Source of the DNA: Spirochaetota bacterium
Lineage (GTDB): Bacteria > Spirochaetota > UBA4802 > UBA5550
Reading direction: 5' to 3'
Assembly (NCBI GenBank): GCA_016929135.1
Contig: JAFGJK010000013.1
Location: 285-64,284, forward strand
Length of the DNA: 64,000 nucleotides
The notes under the pieces are model-generated. The model saw only the letters and a list, made by a program, of their open reading frames with translations. It had not been told where the DNA came from and did not search any database. How positions within the stretch are numbered: position 1 is the first letter of the stretch; the number at the start of each line of letters is the position of its first letter. Shown in pieces: positions 8,088-15,654 of this stretch. Both the position numbers and the translations under genes were made by a program.

Positions 8088-8125
8088 GGCGCACAGTTCA
8101 TTCCCTTCGACGCACAGTTCATTCC
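8088..8125 (+). promoter_or_regulatory. LytTR-type direct-repeat box C in the divergent region between paralogue 2 and the cyclase operon
   Basis: The plus strand reads ggcgcACAGTTCATtcccttcgacgcACAGTTCATtcc, with identical 9-mers at 8093-8101 and 8114-8122 and a 12-nt spacer. The ACAGTT reading direction points to the plus-strand promoter at 8154. A third consensus-fitting 9-mer, ACAGTTGAT (8157-8165), overlaps that promoter's -35/spacer. Confidence 0.5.
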
Positions 8126-8153
8126 GGAGAAGGCATATTTTAGTCGAACTCTG

Positions 8154-8182
8154 TTGACAGTTGATTAATCGAATTCTAATAT
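8154..8182 (+). promoter_or_regulatory. Sigma70-type promoter for the cyclase operon
   Basis: TTGACA (8154-8159), a 17-nt spacer (gttgattaatcgaattc), then TAATAT (8177-8182). Confidence 0.5.
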
Positions 8183-8422
8183 ACAGATGATACATACACC
8201 GATGCATCGATGTAACAGCATCCCGCTCCGTGTATTCGGTCGGGAAGGATTTGTGGAATACGATATCATTCACTACAGGATACCCATATCAATTCACCAG
8301 TCAAACATCTGATCGGAGAGAAGATAGGCGGTATCCGCATCTTCCCCATAGCCACGAAGATCGTCCTCATCTTCGTCTTTTTCATTCTGCTGTCAAACTT
8401 CACGTCCCACTACATCAGCCTC

Positions 8423-9997
8423 ATGCTCTACCGTGGCGAGATGATCATGATGATGAAGCAGCACCTGGTGAAGGACCTGAGGGACATCTACACCTTCGCC
8501 AAGACCCAGCACGAGATATCCCTCTCCGGGGGGACCCCGCAGGCCTGCCTCAAGGCGATCGAGGAGAAGTCCATGCTGGAATTCAAGAACAGGAATTCGC
8601 TCCTCCTGGGAATCCGGCAGGACGGGAGCATCCTCTTCCAGTCGTCTCGGGGCAAGCGCTTGGATGCCTTCCCGGACAGGGACGCCATGGACCTCTTCAA
8701 CAAAAACTTCAGGAAAAACGTCAAGGAGGGCTTCACCACCTTCACGCTCGAGGGGAAGCAGTTTTTCGGCGTCTACAAGTACAACATGGACTGGAACGCC
8801 TACTTCCTGCGTGCCGAGGAGTTCAACGAGTTCTACGCGCGCTCCAGGGTGATTTTCACCACCATATCCCTGGTGATCGGCGTCATCACGCTCCTCTGCG
8901 CGGTGGCCGGCGTCCTCATCCTCAGGCACGTGCTCAAATACATCGGGCAGATGACCCAGGCCATCATCGCCATGACCAGGGACAAGCAGATGGGCATCCT
9001 GGACCTCAAGGACGCACAGACCGATGACGTGACCTTCCTGGGCATGTCCTTCAACTCCCTGTCCAACACCATCAGCAATCTGCTGCAGATATTCCAGAAG
9101 TTCACCAACAGGGACATCGTGGTGAAGGCCTACGAGGAGCGCGAGATACGCCTCGAGGGGGCCAAGCACGAGCTTACCTGCCTCTTTTCGGACATCAAGA
9201 GCTTCACCAACATGACCGAGGTGCTGGGGACCGAGATCATCACCCTCCTGAACCTCCACTACACGCAGGTGATCAACATCATCCTGGGGCACGACGGGAT
9301 CATCGGCTCGATCATCGGCGACGCCCTCCTGGCGGTGTACGGCGTCTTCCCCGGCGATTCCGCGCGGCAGAAGTCCTACCAGGCGGTGATCACCGGGTAC
9401 CAGATCCACGATGTGGCAAGGCAGATCCGGAGCCAGATGATCGAGATGAGGGAGCGGATTATCGCTGAGAAGGGATCGCTCACCCCCGAGGAGGAGAGGG
9501 TCTACGAGGCGGTGCTGATCGACGTGGGCGTGGGGATCGACGGCGGCATGGTCTTCTACGGCAACATCGGAAGCCACGAGCGAATGACCAACACCGTCAT
9601 CGGCGACAACGTCAACTCCGCGTCGCGGCTCGAGGGCCTCAACCGGATCTACAAGATACCGGTGATCTGCTCTGAATACATCAAGCTGGACATCGAGAGG
9701 AACGTTCCCGAGACGAAGCTGAAATTCACCGAGATCGACACGGTCCGCGTAAAGGGGAAGACCGAGGGGAAGAAGATATACTGGCCCATCCCGAAGGAGA
9801 ATATGACCAAGGACATGCAGCGGCAGCTCGCGATATTCAGCGAGGGGCTGGCGTGGTACTACGCGGGAAAATGGAAGAGCGCCCGCAGGTCCTTCGAGCG
9901 CTGTACCCTCCCCATGGCGGAGGTCTTCCGCACTCGGACCGCCTCCGCGGAGTGTCCGAAGAACTGGGCGGGCATCTGGGCCATGGATTCCAAGTAA
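8423..9997 (+). CDS. Membrane HAMP / class III adenylate-guanylate cyclase (true start probably upstream of 8423)
   Basis: Cyclase motifs: LTCLFSDIKSFTNMTE, IGDALLAVYG, GIDGGMVFYGNIGS, IGDNVNSASRLEG. TM helix VIFTTISLVIGVITLLCAVAGVLIL is followed by a HAMP-like linker. The frame stays open upstream to 8216 and encodes a TM helix (IFPIATKIVLIFVFFILLSNF) with no ATG/GTG/TTG; see findings. Confidence 0.85.
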   Translation: MLYRGEMIMMMKQHLVKDLRDIYTFAKTQHEISLSGGTPQACLKAIEEKSMLEFKNRNSLLLGIRQDGSILFQSSRGKRLDAFPDRDAMDLFNKNFRKNVKEGFTTFTLEGKQFFGVYKYNMDWNAYFLRAEEFNEFYARSRVIFTTISLVIGVITLLCAVAGVLILRHVLKYIGQMTQAIIAMTRDKQMGILDLKDAQTDDVTFLGMSFNSLSNTISNLLQIFQKFTNRDIVVKAYEEREIRLEGAKHELTCLFSDIKSFTNMTEVLGTEIITLLNLHYTQVINIILGHDGIIGSIIGDALLAVYGVFPGDSARQKSYQAVITGYQIHDVARQIRSQMIEMRERIIAEKGSLTPEEERVYEAVLIDVGVGIDGGMVFYGNIGSHERMTNTVIGDNVNSASRLEGLNRIYKIPVICSEYIKLDIERNVPETKLKFTEIDTVRVKGKTEGKKIYWPIPKENMTKDMQRQLAIFSEGLAWYYAGKWKSARRSFERCTLPMAEVFRTRTASAECPKNWAGIWAMDSK

Positions 9998-10000
9998 GGG

Positions 10001-11149
10001 ATGACCCGAGGGGAAGCCGGAGCAATGAACAGGAGAGGCATCGCAGGGAAGAAGAACAAGGGGCTGCCCGAGGAGATGCCCACTTCCCTCTTTCTCAAGA
10101 AGGAGATGGTGGCGGCCGCGGAGAAGGCGGTGGTCTACAATCTCGCCGAGGAGTTCAGGACCACGAGAAAGAACAGGGGTTTCAGGCTCTACCTCGCCAT
10201 ACTCCTCTTCACCCTGTTGCTCCTTGGTGGCACCTTCGGCGCCACGTCCTACATCGAGCAGCGCAACAGGAACATCGCCATCGACATCACCGACTTCGAG
10301 GACATCAACATGCAGGAGCTCCTCTATGCCCTGCGGAACGCCGGCAAGCTGCTGGACGACATGAAGAACAACATGGAGCTGATGCGGGGTCAAATGAACG
10401 CGGAGATGGAGCGGCAGCGGCGGAAGGCCCTGGAGGAGATGGCGCTCCTCAAGAAACGGCATGACCTCTCCGACGCACAGAGGGCCGAGATGATGAAGCG
10501 AATCCTGGCGGCGCGGGACAGGCGGCTCGCGCAGACCAGCGCCCATTATGAAGACAAGATACGGAACAAGGAGAAGTCCATCGATGAGATGAACGCCAGG
10601 ATGGGGGATTACAAGAGCCAGCTCAAGCAGCAGATGGACAGCTACCTGACCAAGGTGCAGAGCAGGCTGAAGGAATACCAGAGCGAAACGGCGACGGACA
10701 AGGCGAAGACCCAGGATCTGATCGTCCAGATGGGGGAGGACCAGAGGCTGAAGCGCCTGGAGGACAAGAAGGAGTACGAGAAGAGGATCGCCGAGCTCAG
10801 GGACAGGATAAAGGAATCGGAAGAGAGCCTGAAGAGCACCACCGGCAGGGCCAACGAGTACGGCTACCTGCTGGACATGTACCGCAGGGCCCTGGTGCAC
10901 TACGCCTTTTTGCGGGGCGAGCAGGGGCACGTGATATGTCCGGAGAAGGACGGGCACTTCCTGGTGGTGCTCAATCCCCTGATGGAGCTGGAGACATCCT
11001 GCAAGGGGATGGTGATCGACCGAAACGGTGAGATCATCGCCAGGGTGGCCATCAACAGGGATCAGGGGGTCACACGGGCCCGCGTGCTGAACAAGGTGTC
11101 GCGCGCCCCCATCAGACCCTTCGACATGATCATCATCCAGAAGGAGTGA
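10001..11149 (+). CDS. Membrane-anchored coiled-coil protein, function unknown
   Basis: Starts 4 nt after the cyclase stop. One TM helix (FRLYLAILLFTLLLLGGTFGA), then about 200 aa of K/E/R/Q-rich heptad-like sequence and a roughly 100-aa C-terminal globular part. I recognise no family. Alternative start at 10025 (MNRRG). Confidence 0.6.
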   Translation: MTRGEAGAMNRRGIAGKKNKGLPEEMPTSLFLKKEMVAAAEKAVVYNLAEEFRTTRKNRGFRLYLAILLFTLLLLGGTFGATSYIEQRNRNIAIDITDFEDINMQELLYALRNAGKLLDDMKNNMELMRGQMNAEMERQRRKALEEMALLKKRHDLSDAQRAEMMKRILAARDRRLAQTSAHYEDKIRNKEKSIDEMNARMGDYKSQLKQQMDSYLTKVQSRLKEYQSETATDKAKTQDLIVQMGEDQRLKRLEDKKEYEKRIAELRDRIKESEESLKSTTGRANEYGYLLDMYRRALVHYAFLRGEQGHVICPEKDGHFLVVLNPLMELETSCKGMVIDRNGEIIARVAINRDQGVTRARVLNKVSRAPIRPFDMIIIQKE

Positions 11150-11154
11150 CTGCC

Positions 11155-12357
11155 ATGAAAAAACTGTTCCCCATCGCGGTCCTGCTTCTGCTGGCGCCCC
11201 TGTACGCGGACTGGGATGATTACGGTCTCACCCTGGTCTCCACCACCCCCTCCACCATGGAGGAGGCGACGAGATTCGAGGTGAAGGACCGGCAGGACCA
11301 CACCTTCTTCGTGAATGCCAGGAACCAGCCGGAGGGGGCGGCGATGCGGAGGATTCTGAGGTACAAGGACGACATCCTCGGCTGGCATCACGCCTCCTTC
11401 AGGGAGCTCTCGTTCTATATATACGAAAAGGGGATCCACGCGGTCTGCGTCCCCTACGCCGCCACCTACCGGAAGACCAACCTGATGAACCACCTCCCCT
11501 CGGGCTTTCTCTTCTTCGAGGAGAGGGAGGGGCTCAACTTCAGGTTCCGCATCGTCGTGGGGAGCACCTCGCTGAAGCTGGACGGCGTCTACAAGGGTGA
11601 GGAGCCGCTGCTGGAGGAGGTGTACCGCTACATCAAGGGGATCCGGGAAGGGAAGATCCAGGTGGAGGACGAGCGTGTCGTCTCGGGGAGCGTCGTCTCC
11701 TTCCCCGAGGAGAAGGACAAGGGGGACAAGCGGATCTATCCCACGGGCGACTTCCCCGACATCGAGAAGGCGCAGCAGGAGGCGCGGGAGAAAGAGGAGA
11801 GGGAGCGGGAGATGGGGAAGCCTGCCTTCTACGCATCCGCACAGGCGGCGTACCTCCTCCCGGTAAATATTCTGAGCGACATCTTTATCGGCGGCTACGG
11901 ATTCCTGGCGTCGGGGGGGCTGCGGGACATCGGCATCTCCCTGCAGGACAAGACTATCTTCAAGCTGGAGATGGAGCTTTCCACCGGCTACTGGCATCTG
12001 AGCGACCGGGAGCAGCAGGGCATCAGCACCGGCTGTTCCATGAATACCGCCTACATCGTACCGATCCTGTTCACCGCCCGGGGCCGCTTCGGACTCTTCA
12101 GGGAGCTCTCCGTCGCACCGGCGGTGAGTTTCGGCTACAACTTCAACAGGCTGAACTACACAAAGACGACGCTCACCGGGATCCCCTACTGCATGTCCGT
12201 GCGCCAGTGGAACCCCTCGTTCCTGCTGGGGCTCAGGTTCGATTACCGGTTCGAGAGGTTCTTCCTCTTCGCCGGCACCGATTTCATGGCCATGTTCGAG
12301 CGGCGAATGACCATCACCTCGCTCCTCTTCAACACCGGCGGCGGCTACCGCTTCTGA
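11155..12357 (+). CDS. Secreted protein, probable outer-membrane beta-barrel
   Basis: ATG at 11155 is preceded by gaaggag. Signal peptide MKKLFPIAVLLLLAPLYA. The C-terminal half has alternating hydrophobic/aromatic strands and ends GGGYRF (terminal aromatic, typical of beta-barrel OMPs). It overlaps the end of the previous gene. Confidence 0.6.
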   Translation: MKKLFPIAVLLLLAPLYADWDDYGLTLVSTTPSTMEEATRFEVKDRQDHTFFVNARNQPEGAAMRRILRYKDDILGWHHASFRELSFYIYEKGIHAVCVPYAATYRKTNLMNHLPSGFLFFEEREGLNFRFRIVVGSTSLKLDGVYKGEEPLLEEVYRYIKGIREGKIQVEDERVVSGSVVSFPEEKDKGDKRIYPTGDFPDIEKAQQEAREKEEREREMGKPAFYASAQAAYLLPVNILSDIFIGGYGFLASGGLRDIGISLQDKTIFKLEMELSTGYWHLSDREQQGISTGCSMNTAYIVPILFTARGRFGLFRELSVAPAVSFGYNFNRLNYTKTTLTGIPYCMSVRQWNPSFLLGLRFDYRFERFFLFAGTDFMAMFERRMTITSLLFNTGGGYRF

Positions 12358-12377
12358 CGCAGGCATCCCGGCAGCAC

Positions 12378-12399
12378 GGCGCCGCGGCGCCGCGGCGCC
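12378..12399. repeat. Perfect 22-bp GC palindrome, possible terminator hairpin without a U-tract
   Basis: ggcgccgcggcgccgcggcgcc equals its own reverse complement. It lies 21 nt after the stop at 12357 and is followed by caaaaaa rather than a T-run. Confidence 0.4.
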
Positions 12400-12409
12400 C
12401 AAAAAATCA

Positions 12410-12437
12410 TTGACACCACCCCCGAATCCCGTATACT
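12410..12437 (+). promoter_or_regulatory. Sigma70-type promoter for the lipase-like gene
   Basis: TTGACA (12410-12415), a 16-nt spacer, then TATACT (12432-12437). The RBS-like gaagagga lies ahead of the ATG at 12478. Confidence 0.5.
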
Positions 12438-12477
12438 GCATAACTGAATCCGTTCACTACTCTGAAGAGGATCAGCC

Positions 12478-13821
12478 ATGAAGATACAGTGGTTCGCGCC
12501 GGTGTCCCCGTTCAACCGCAGCGCAATCCCGGCCTCCCGTTGCGTCCGGCTTCGCAGGTTCGCGGCGGCCCTCCTGGCCCTGGCACTCCTGGTCCCGCTG
12601 TGCCGCTGCAGCAGCGACGACTCCGGCGATCCGACCCTGTACGACTACATCGCCATGCCCTTCACCGCCGGGCCGGTGTACCGCTACGACTCCATGGAGG
12701 GACCGCAGCGGGGGCGCCTCCTCACCTCGCAGCAGAAATGGGACCTTTCGCAATCCACATTCAACACCCTGGTATCCCTCTTCATGACCTATTTCGGCAC
12801 CTCGCTCACAACCTATCCCCTGTTCGCCCCCGACAACGGCGCCAGGTTTCACTATATCACCTACGAGACCCTGAACACCGACGGCAGCCTGGTCACCGTA
12901 TCCGGCGCCCTCTGGGTCCCTACCGACGCCACGCCCACGCGGCTCCTGGCCTACGGCCACGGTACCATGATCAACTCGGACATCACCAGCTCCAGGATCG
13001 AACCGGGCCTCTTCGCCGGCAAGGGGTACATGGCGGTCTCCTCGGACTACCTGGGCTACGGCGCCAGCGAGGCCCTGGGGCACCCCTACTGCCATGCCAG
13101 GACCATGGCAATCTCCACCATCGACGCCATACGGGCCGCCAGGAAGTTCGCGAAGTACAACGGCATCGCCCTCGCCAACAGCGACATCATCATCGTCGGC
13201 TACTCCGAGGGGGGGATGACCGCCATGGCCACCACCAAGGCCATCGCCGAGGATTCGTCCCTCACCGCCGAGTTCACCATCTACAGATCGGCCCCCATGT
13301 CGGGCCCCTACGACATCCGCGGCACCGCCGATGCGCTGATACAGTACAACACGAAGGTGGTACCCCACTACCTCTGCTTCATCATCCCGGCCTACGACAG
13401 GGCCTACGGCCTCAACCGGCCCCTGGACCACTACCTGCGGGAGCCCTACGCCACCTGGTTCACCGAGGATCCCATCCCCAGACCGGACGCCGAGGCGATC
13501 GCAGAGCTGCTCCCCACGAACTCCAGCGACCTCCTCCAGGACGCCTTCATCTACGACTACACCCACTACGGCGAGGTGCAGATAAAGGCCGCCCTGGACG
13601 ACAACAACACCTATAAATTCAAACCGTTGATACCGATCAAGCTGTACGCCGGGAATGGAGACACCCACGTTCCCGTCGCCAACACCAATACGGCACTGGC
13701 CTATTTCGCGTCCGTCAGCGCCCCGTCCGTCACCAGTGACATCAAATCCGCCGGCGCCGGCGACCACGGGGCCCTGGTGCTCCCCTGCTTCTACGATGCC
13801 ATCACCACTTATTTCCCGTGA
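12478..13821 (+). CDS. Lipoprotein, alpha/beta-hydrolase (secretory lipase-like)
   Basis: Signal with lipobox-like LLVPLCRCSS. Nucleophile elbow VGYSEGG, and candidate acid/His residues in GNGDTHVP and GAGDHGAL. Confidence 0.65.
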   Translation: MKIQWFAPVSPFNRSAIPASRCVRLRRFAAALLALALLVPLCRCSSDDSGDPTLYDYIAMPFTAGPVYRYDSMEGPQRGRLLTSQQKWDLSQSTFNTLVSLFMTYFGTSLTTYPLFAPDNGARFHYITYETLNTDGSLVTVSGALWVPTDATPTRLLAYGHGTMINSDITSSRIEPGLFAGKGYMAVSSDYLGYGASEALGHPYCHARTMAISTIDAIRAARKFAKYNGIALANSDIIIVGYSEGGMTAMATTKAIAEDSSLTAEFTIYRSAPMSGPYDIRGTADALIQYNTKVVPHYLCFIIPAYDRAYGLNRPLDHYLREPYATWFTEDPIPRPDAEAIAELLPTNSSDLLQDAFIYDYTHYGEVQIKAALDDNNTYKFKPLIPIKLYAGNGDTHVPVANTNTALAYFASVSAPSVTSDIKSAGAGDHGALVLPCFYDAITTYFP

Positions 13822-13847
13822 TACGGTGATTTCCGGCGCCTCCAGGC

Positions 13848-14102
13848 ATGAACGGAAACGGCACGCCGCCTGAAACGGGAATGATCGCGGCCATCGTCCT
13901 GCCGGGGGCCGCCTGGCTCCACCGCGGGCCGGTGATATTCTGGCACACCCCCCTGCAGGGCGCCCCGTCGGATTACGGGCTCCCCCTGTGGGCCCTCTAC
14001 GCCCTCTGGGTCCTCTTCCTGGCCCTCCTCTACCCCCTGTGCCGCCGGTACGCCGCGGTGAAGTTCCGCCCCGATGCCCCCTCCTGGATGCGGTACCTGT
14101 GA
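13848..14102 (+). pseudogene. Possible C-terminal remnant of a DUF1624/acyltransferase-like membrane protein
   Basis: The 84-aa ORF ends in WALYALWVLFLALLYPLCRRYAAVKFRPDAPSWMRYL. From memory, this resembles the conserved C-terminus (YPLCRWF...K.R....WLSYL) of about 380-aa DUF1624 proteins. Only the tail is present, directly after the preceding gene. Confidence 0.3.
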
Positions 14103-14329
14103 GGAGATTCCGCCGTATGCAGACCCTTCATCAGCCACAATAAATTTTCCATCCGTGCAGTTTTTCGCTAAGAATTGCCTTGACAAATTTCGATATATAG
14201 TCAGGATGCCTATGATGGTAACGCCGCAAATTCCTTCTATAATCTTACCCGCGATCAGTGACGTAAAATCATAGTAGTATTTGGGCCGACCCCTCGGGCA
14301 TAATGCCAAACAACACTCAGGAGTTTCTC

Positions 14330-14530
14330 ATGTCGAAAGGTACAGTAAAATGGTTCAACGATCAGAAGGGTTTCGGATTCATCACCTCCGAAGACGGCGG
14401 CGATGTCTTCGTTCACCACTCAGCGATCCTCGGTGAAGGGTTCAAGACCCTGCAGGAGGGCGCGAAGGTGCAGTTCCAGGTTGAACAGAGCGACCGAGGT
14501 CCCCGGGCCATTCAGGTCTCCGTCGAATAA
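14330..14530 (+). CDS. Cold-shock protein (CspA family)
   Basis: [33 protein letters not shown] carries the RNP1 (KGFGFI) and RNP2 (VFVHH) motifs. The internal ATG of track ORF 14303..14530 was chosen because aggag lies 7 nt upstream. Confidence 0.9.
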   Translation: MSKGTVKWFNDQKGFGFITSEDGGDVFVHHSAILGEGFKTLQEGAKVQFQVEQSDRGPRAIQVSVE

Positions 14531-14551
14531 GACGGCATCATCACGACACGG

Positions 14552-14590
14552 AAAAGGGGCTGTTCCGAAGGGGCAGCCCCTTTGTTTTAT
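14552..14590 (+). terminator. Rho-independent terminator after csp
   Basis: aaggggctg / cagcccctt form a 9-bp stem with an 11-nt loop, followed by tttgtttt. Confidence 0.65.
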
Positions 14591-14615
14591 CCTCGCGCTG
14601 GCCGGCGCGCTCTCT

Positions 14616-15635
14616 CTAACGATCGCTCCTCCGCAGCAGCTCCTGTATCTCCCGCAGCAGCACCGGCGCATGTTCCCGTTCAATGAGGTGCCCCATCCCG
14701 TCAACGACCAGAAGCCTGGCCCCCGGGATCATGGCCGAATACTTCTCCGTGTGCCCGAGGGGTATAATCGGATCCTGCGTGCCGTGGATCACCAGCACCG
14801 GCACCCGTATCCTCCCCAGCTCGCCGTACCGGGAGCCCGATGCGGCGATGGCGGCGGAGTGCTGGCGGCTCGCCTCTGGGTTGAAGCCCCGGCGGCGGCG
14901 CATCTCGTAGAGTGTCGATCCCGCGATCTCCCTCAGGTCGGGCTCGTGGTCCCGCCCCCCCTGCAACAGTCGCATAAATCCGGCCGCAAACCGGGCCATC
15001 CCCCGCTCCCCCCCCAGTATGGCGTACCGCAGATAGAGCCGCACGATGTCACCCTGGACGCTCCCCTCCCCCCGGGGGAGCGCCGGGTCGTTGAAGTAAC
15101 CCGAGGAGCTCATGGATGTCATGGAGCGCACCCTCCCGGGGTAGCTGATGGCCAGTCGCTGGGCTATCATCCCCCCCATGGAGATGCCGATGACGTGGGC
15201 CTTCTCCACCCCTGCGGCATCCAGCACCGCCACCGCATCCTTCGCCATGTCCTCCAGCGTGCAGGGACCGTCAATTCGGTCCGATATTCCCACGCCCCGA
15301 TGATCGTAACGAATGACACGATATCCTGCCTTCATCAGGGGATCGATGAAGTAGTCTGGCCACCCCAGGGCCGTGGCACTGGCACCCATCACCAGGAGGA
15401 CCGCAGTGCCGGGCCTCCTTGCGGTGCCGATGGACTCGTACCAGATATTCGCGCCGCGCGAGCGGGCGATCCCGGTCGTCCCCTTCACCAGCTCCGGGGG
15501 GCCGGTGCGAAGCACCTCGTCAATTGCCTCGTCGGTCCCCGGCGGAAGCGGCGGGGCGGAGATGCAGACCACGGCAACCGCCACGGCGGCCAGCAGCGCC
15601 AGCATGCCGGCGGCGACAGCAATTTTCTTGATCAT
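14616..15635 (-). CDS. Alpha/beta-fold hydrolase with N-terminal membrane anchor
   Basis: MIKKIAVAAGMLALLAAVAVAVVCI anchor; HG-type region LLVMGASATALGW; nucleophile elbow IGISMGGMIA; C-terminal GMGHL. Confidence 0.75.
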   Translation of the reverse strand: MIKKIAVAAGMLALLAAVAVAVVCISAPPLPPGTDEAIDEVLRTGPPELVKGTTGIARSRGANIWYESIGTARRPGTAVLLVMGASATALGWPDYFIDPLMKAGYRVIRYDHRGVGISDRIDGPCTLEDMAKDAVAVLDAAGVEKAHVIGISMGGMIAQRLAISYPGRVRSMTSMSSSGYFNDPALPRGEGSVQGDIVRLYLRYAILGGERGMARFAAGFMRLLQGGRDHEPDLREIAGSTLYEMRRRRGFNPEASRQHSAAIAASGSRYGELGRIRVPVLVIHGTQDPIIPLGHTEKYSAMIPGARLLVVDGMGHLIEREHAPVLLREIQELLRRSDR

Positions 15636-15654
15636 GGTACTCCTCCTCTGTCTT

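Noticed and set aside
794-8125. The three 38-bp elements read as a CRISPR array or as REP elements of the neighbouring RAYT
   Set aside because: They are not a CRISPR array: there are only three copies, kilobases apart, in mixed orientation, and no cas genes. The REP interpretation cannot be fully excluded without genome-wide counts. It is less likely for two reasons. The transposase is flanked by a different repeat (GAGGGGTCAAAGC). The elements are direct rather than palindromic repeats, with the exact LytTR half-site and spacing.
8393-10957. 854-aa minus-strand ORF spanning the cyclase and coiled-coil genes
   Set aside because: It is antisense to two genes with clear domain motifs or coherent TM/coiled-coil structure. 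Its composition (P/G/H/L/V/E runs such as HLRVHLTPHQLHVVLHVVQQ) is typical of a high-GC shadow frame.
13809-14309. 166-aa minus-strand ORF (TTG start) across the csp upstream region
   Set aside because: It has a non-ATG start and no motifs. It overlaps the probable remnant ORF and the csp leader, and its composition is inconsistent along its length.
14180-14329. csp promoter and cold-shock 5' UTR
   Set aside because: A TTGACA is present (about 14180-14185), but I could not place a convincing -10 at 16-19 nt spacing. No promoter feature is claimed. A long 5' UTR remains plausible.
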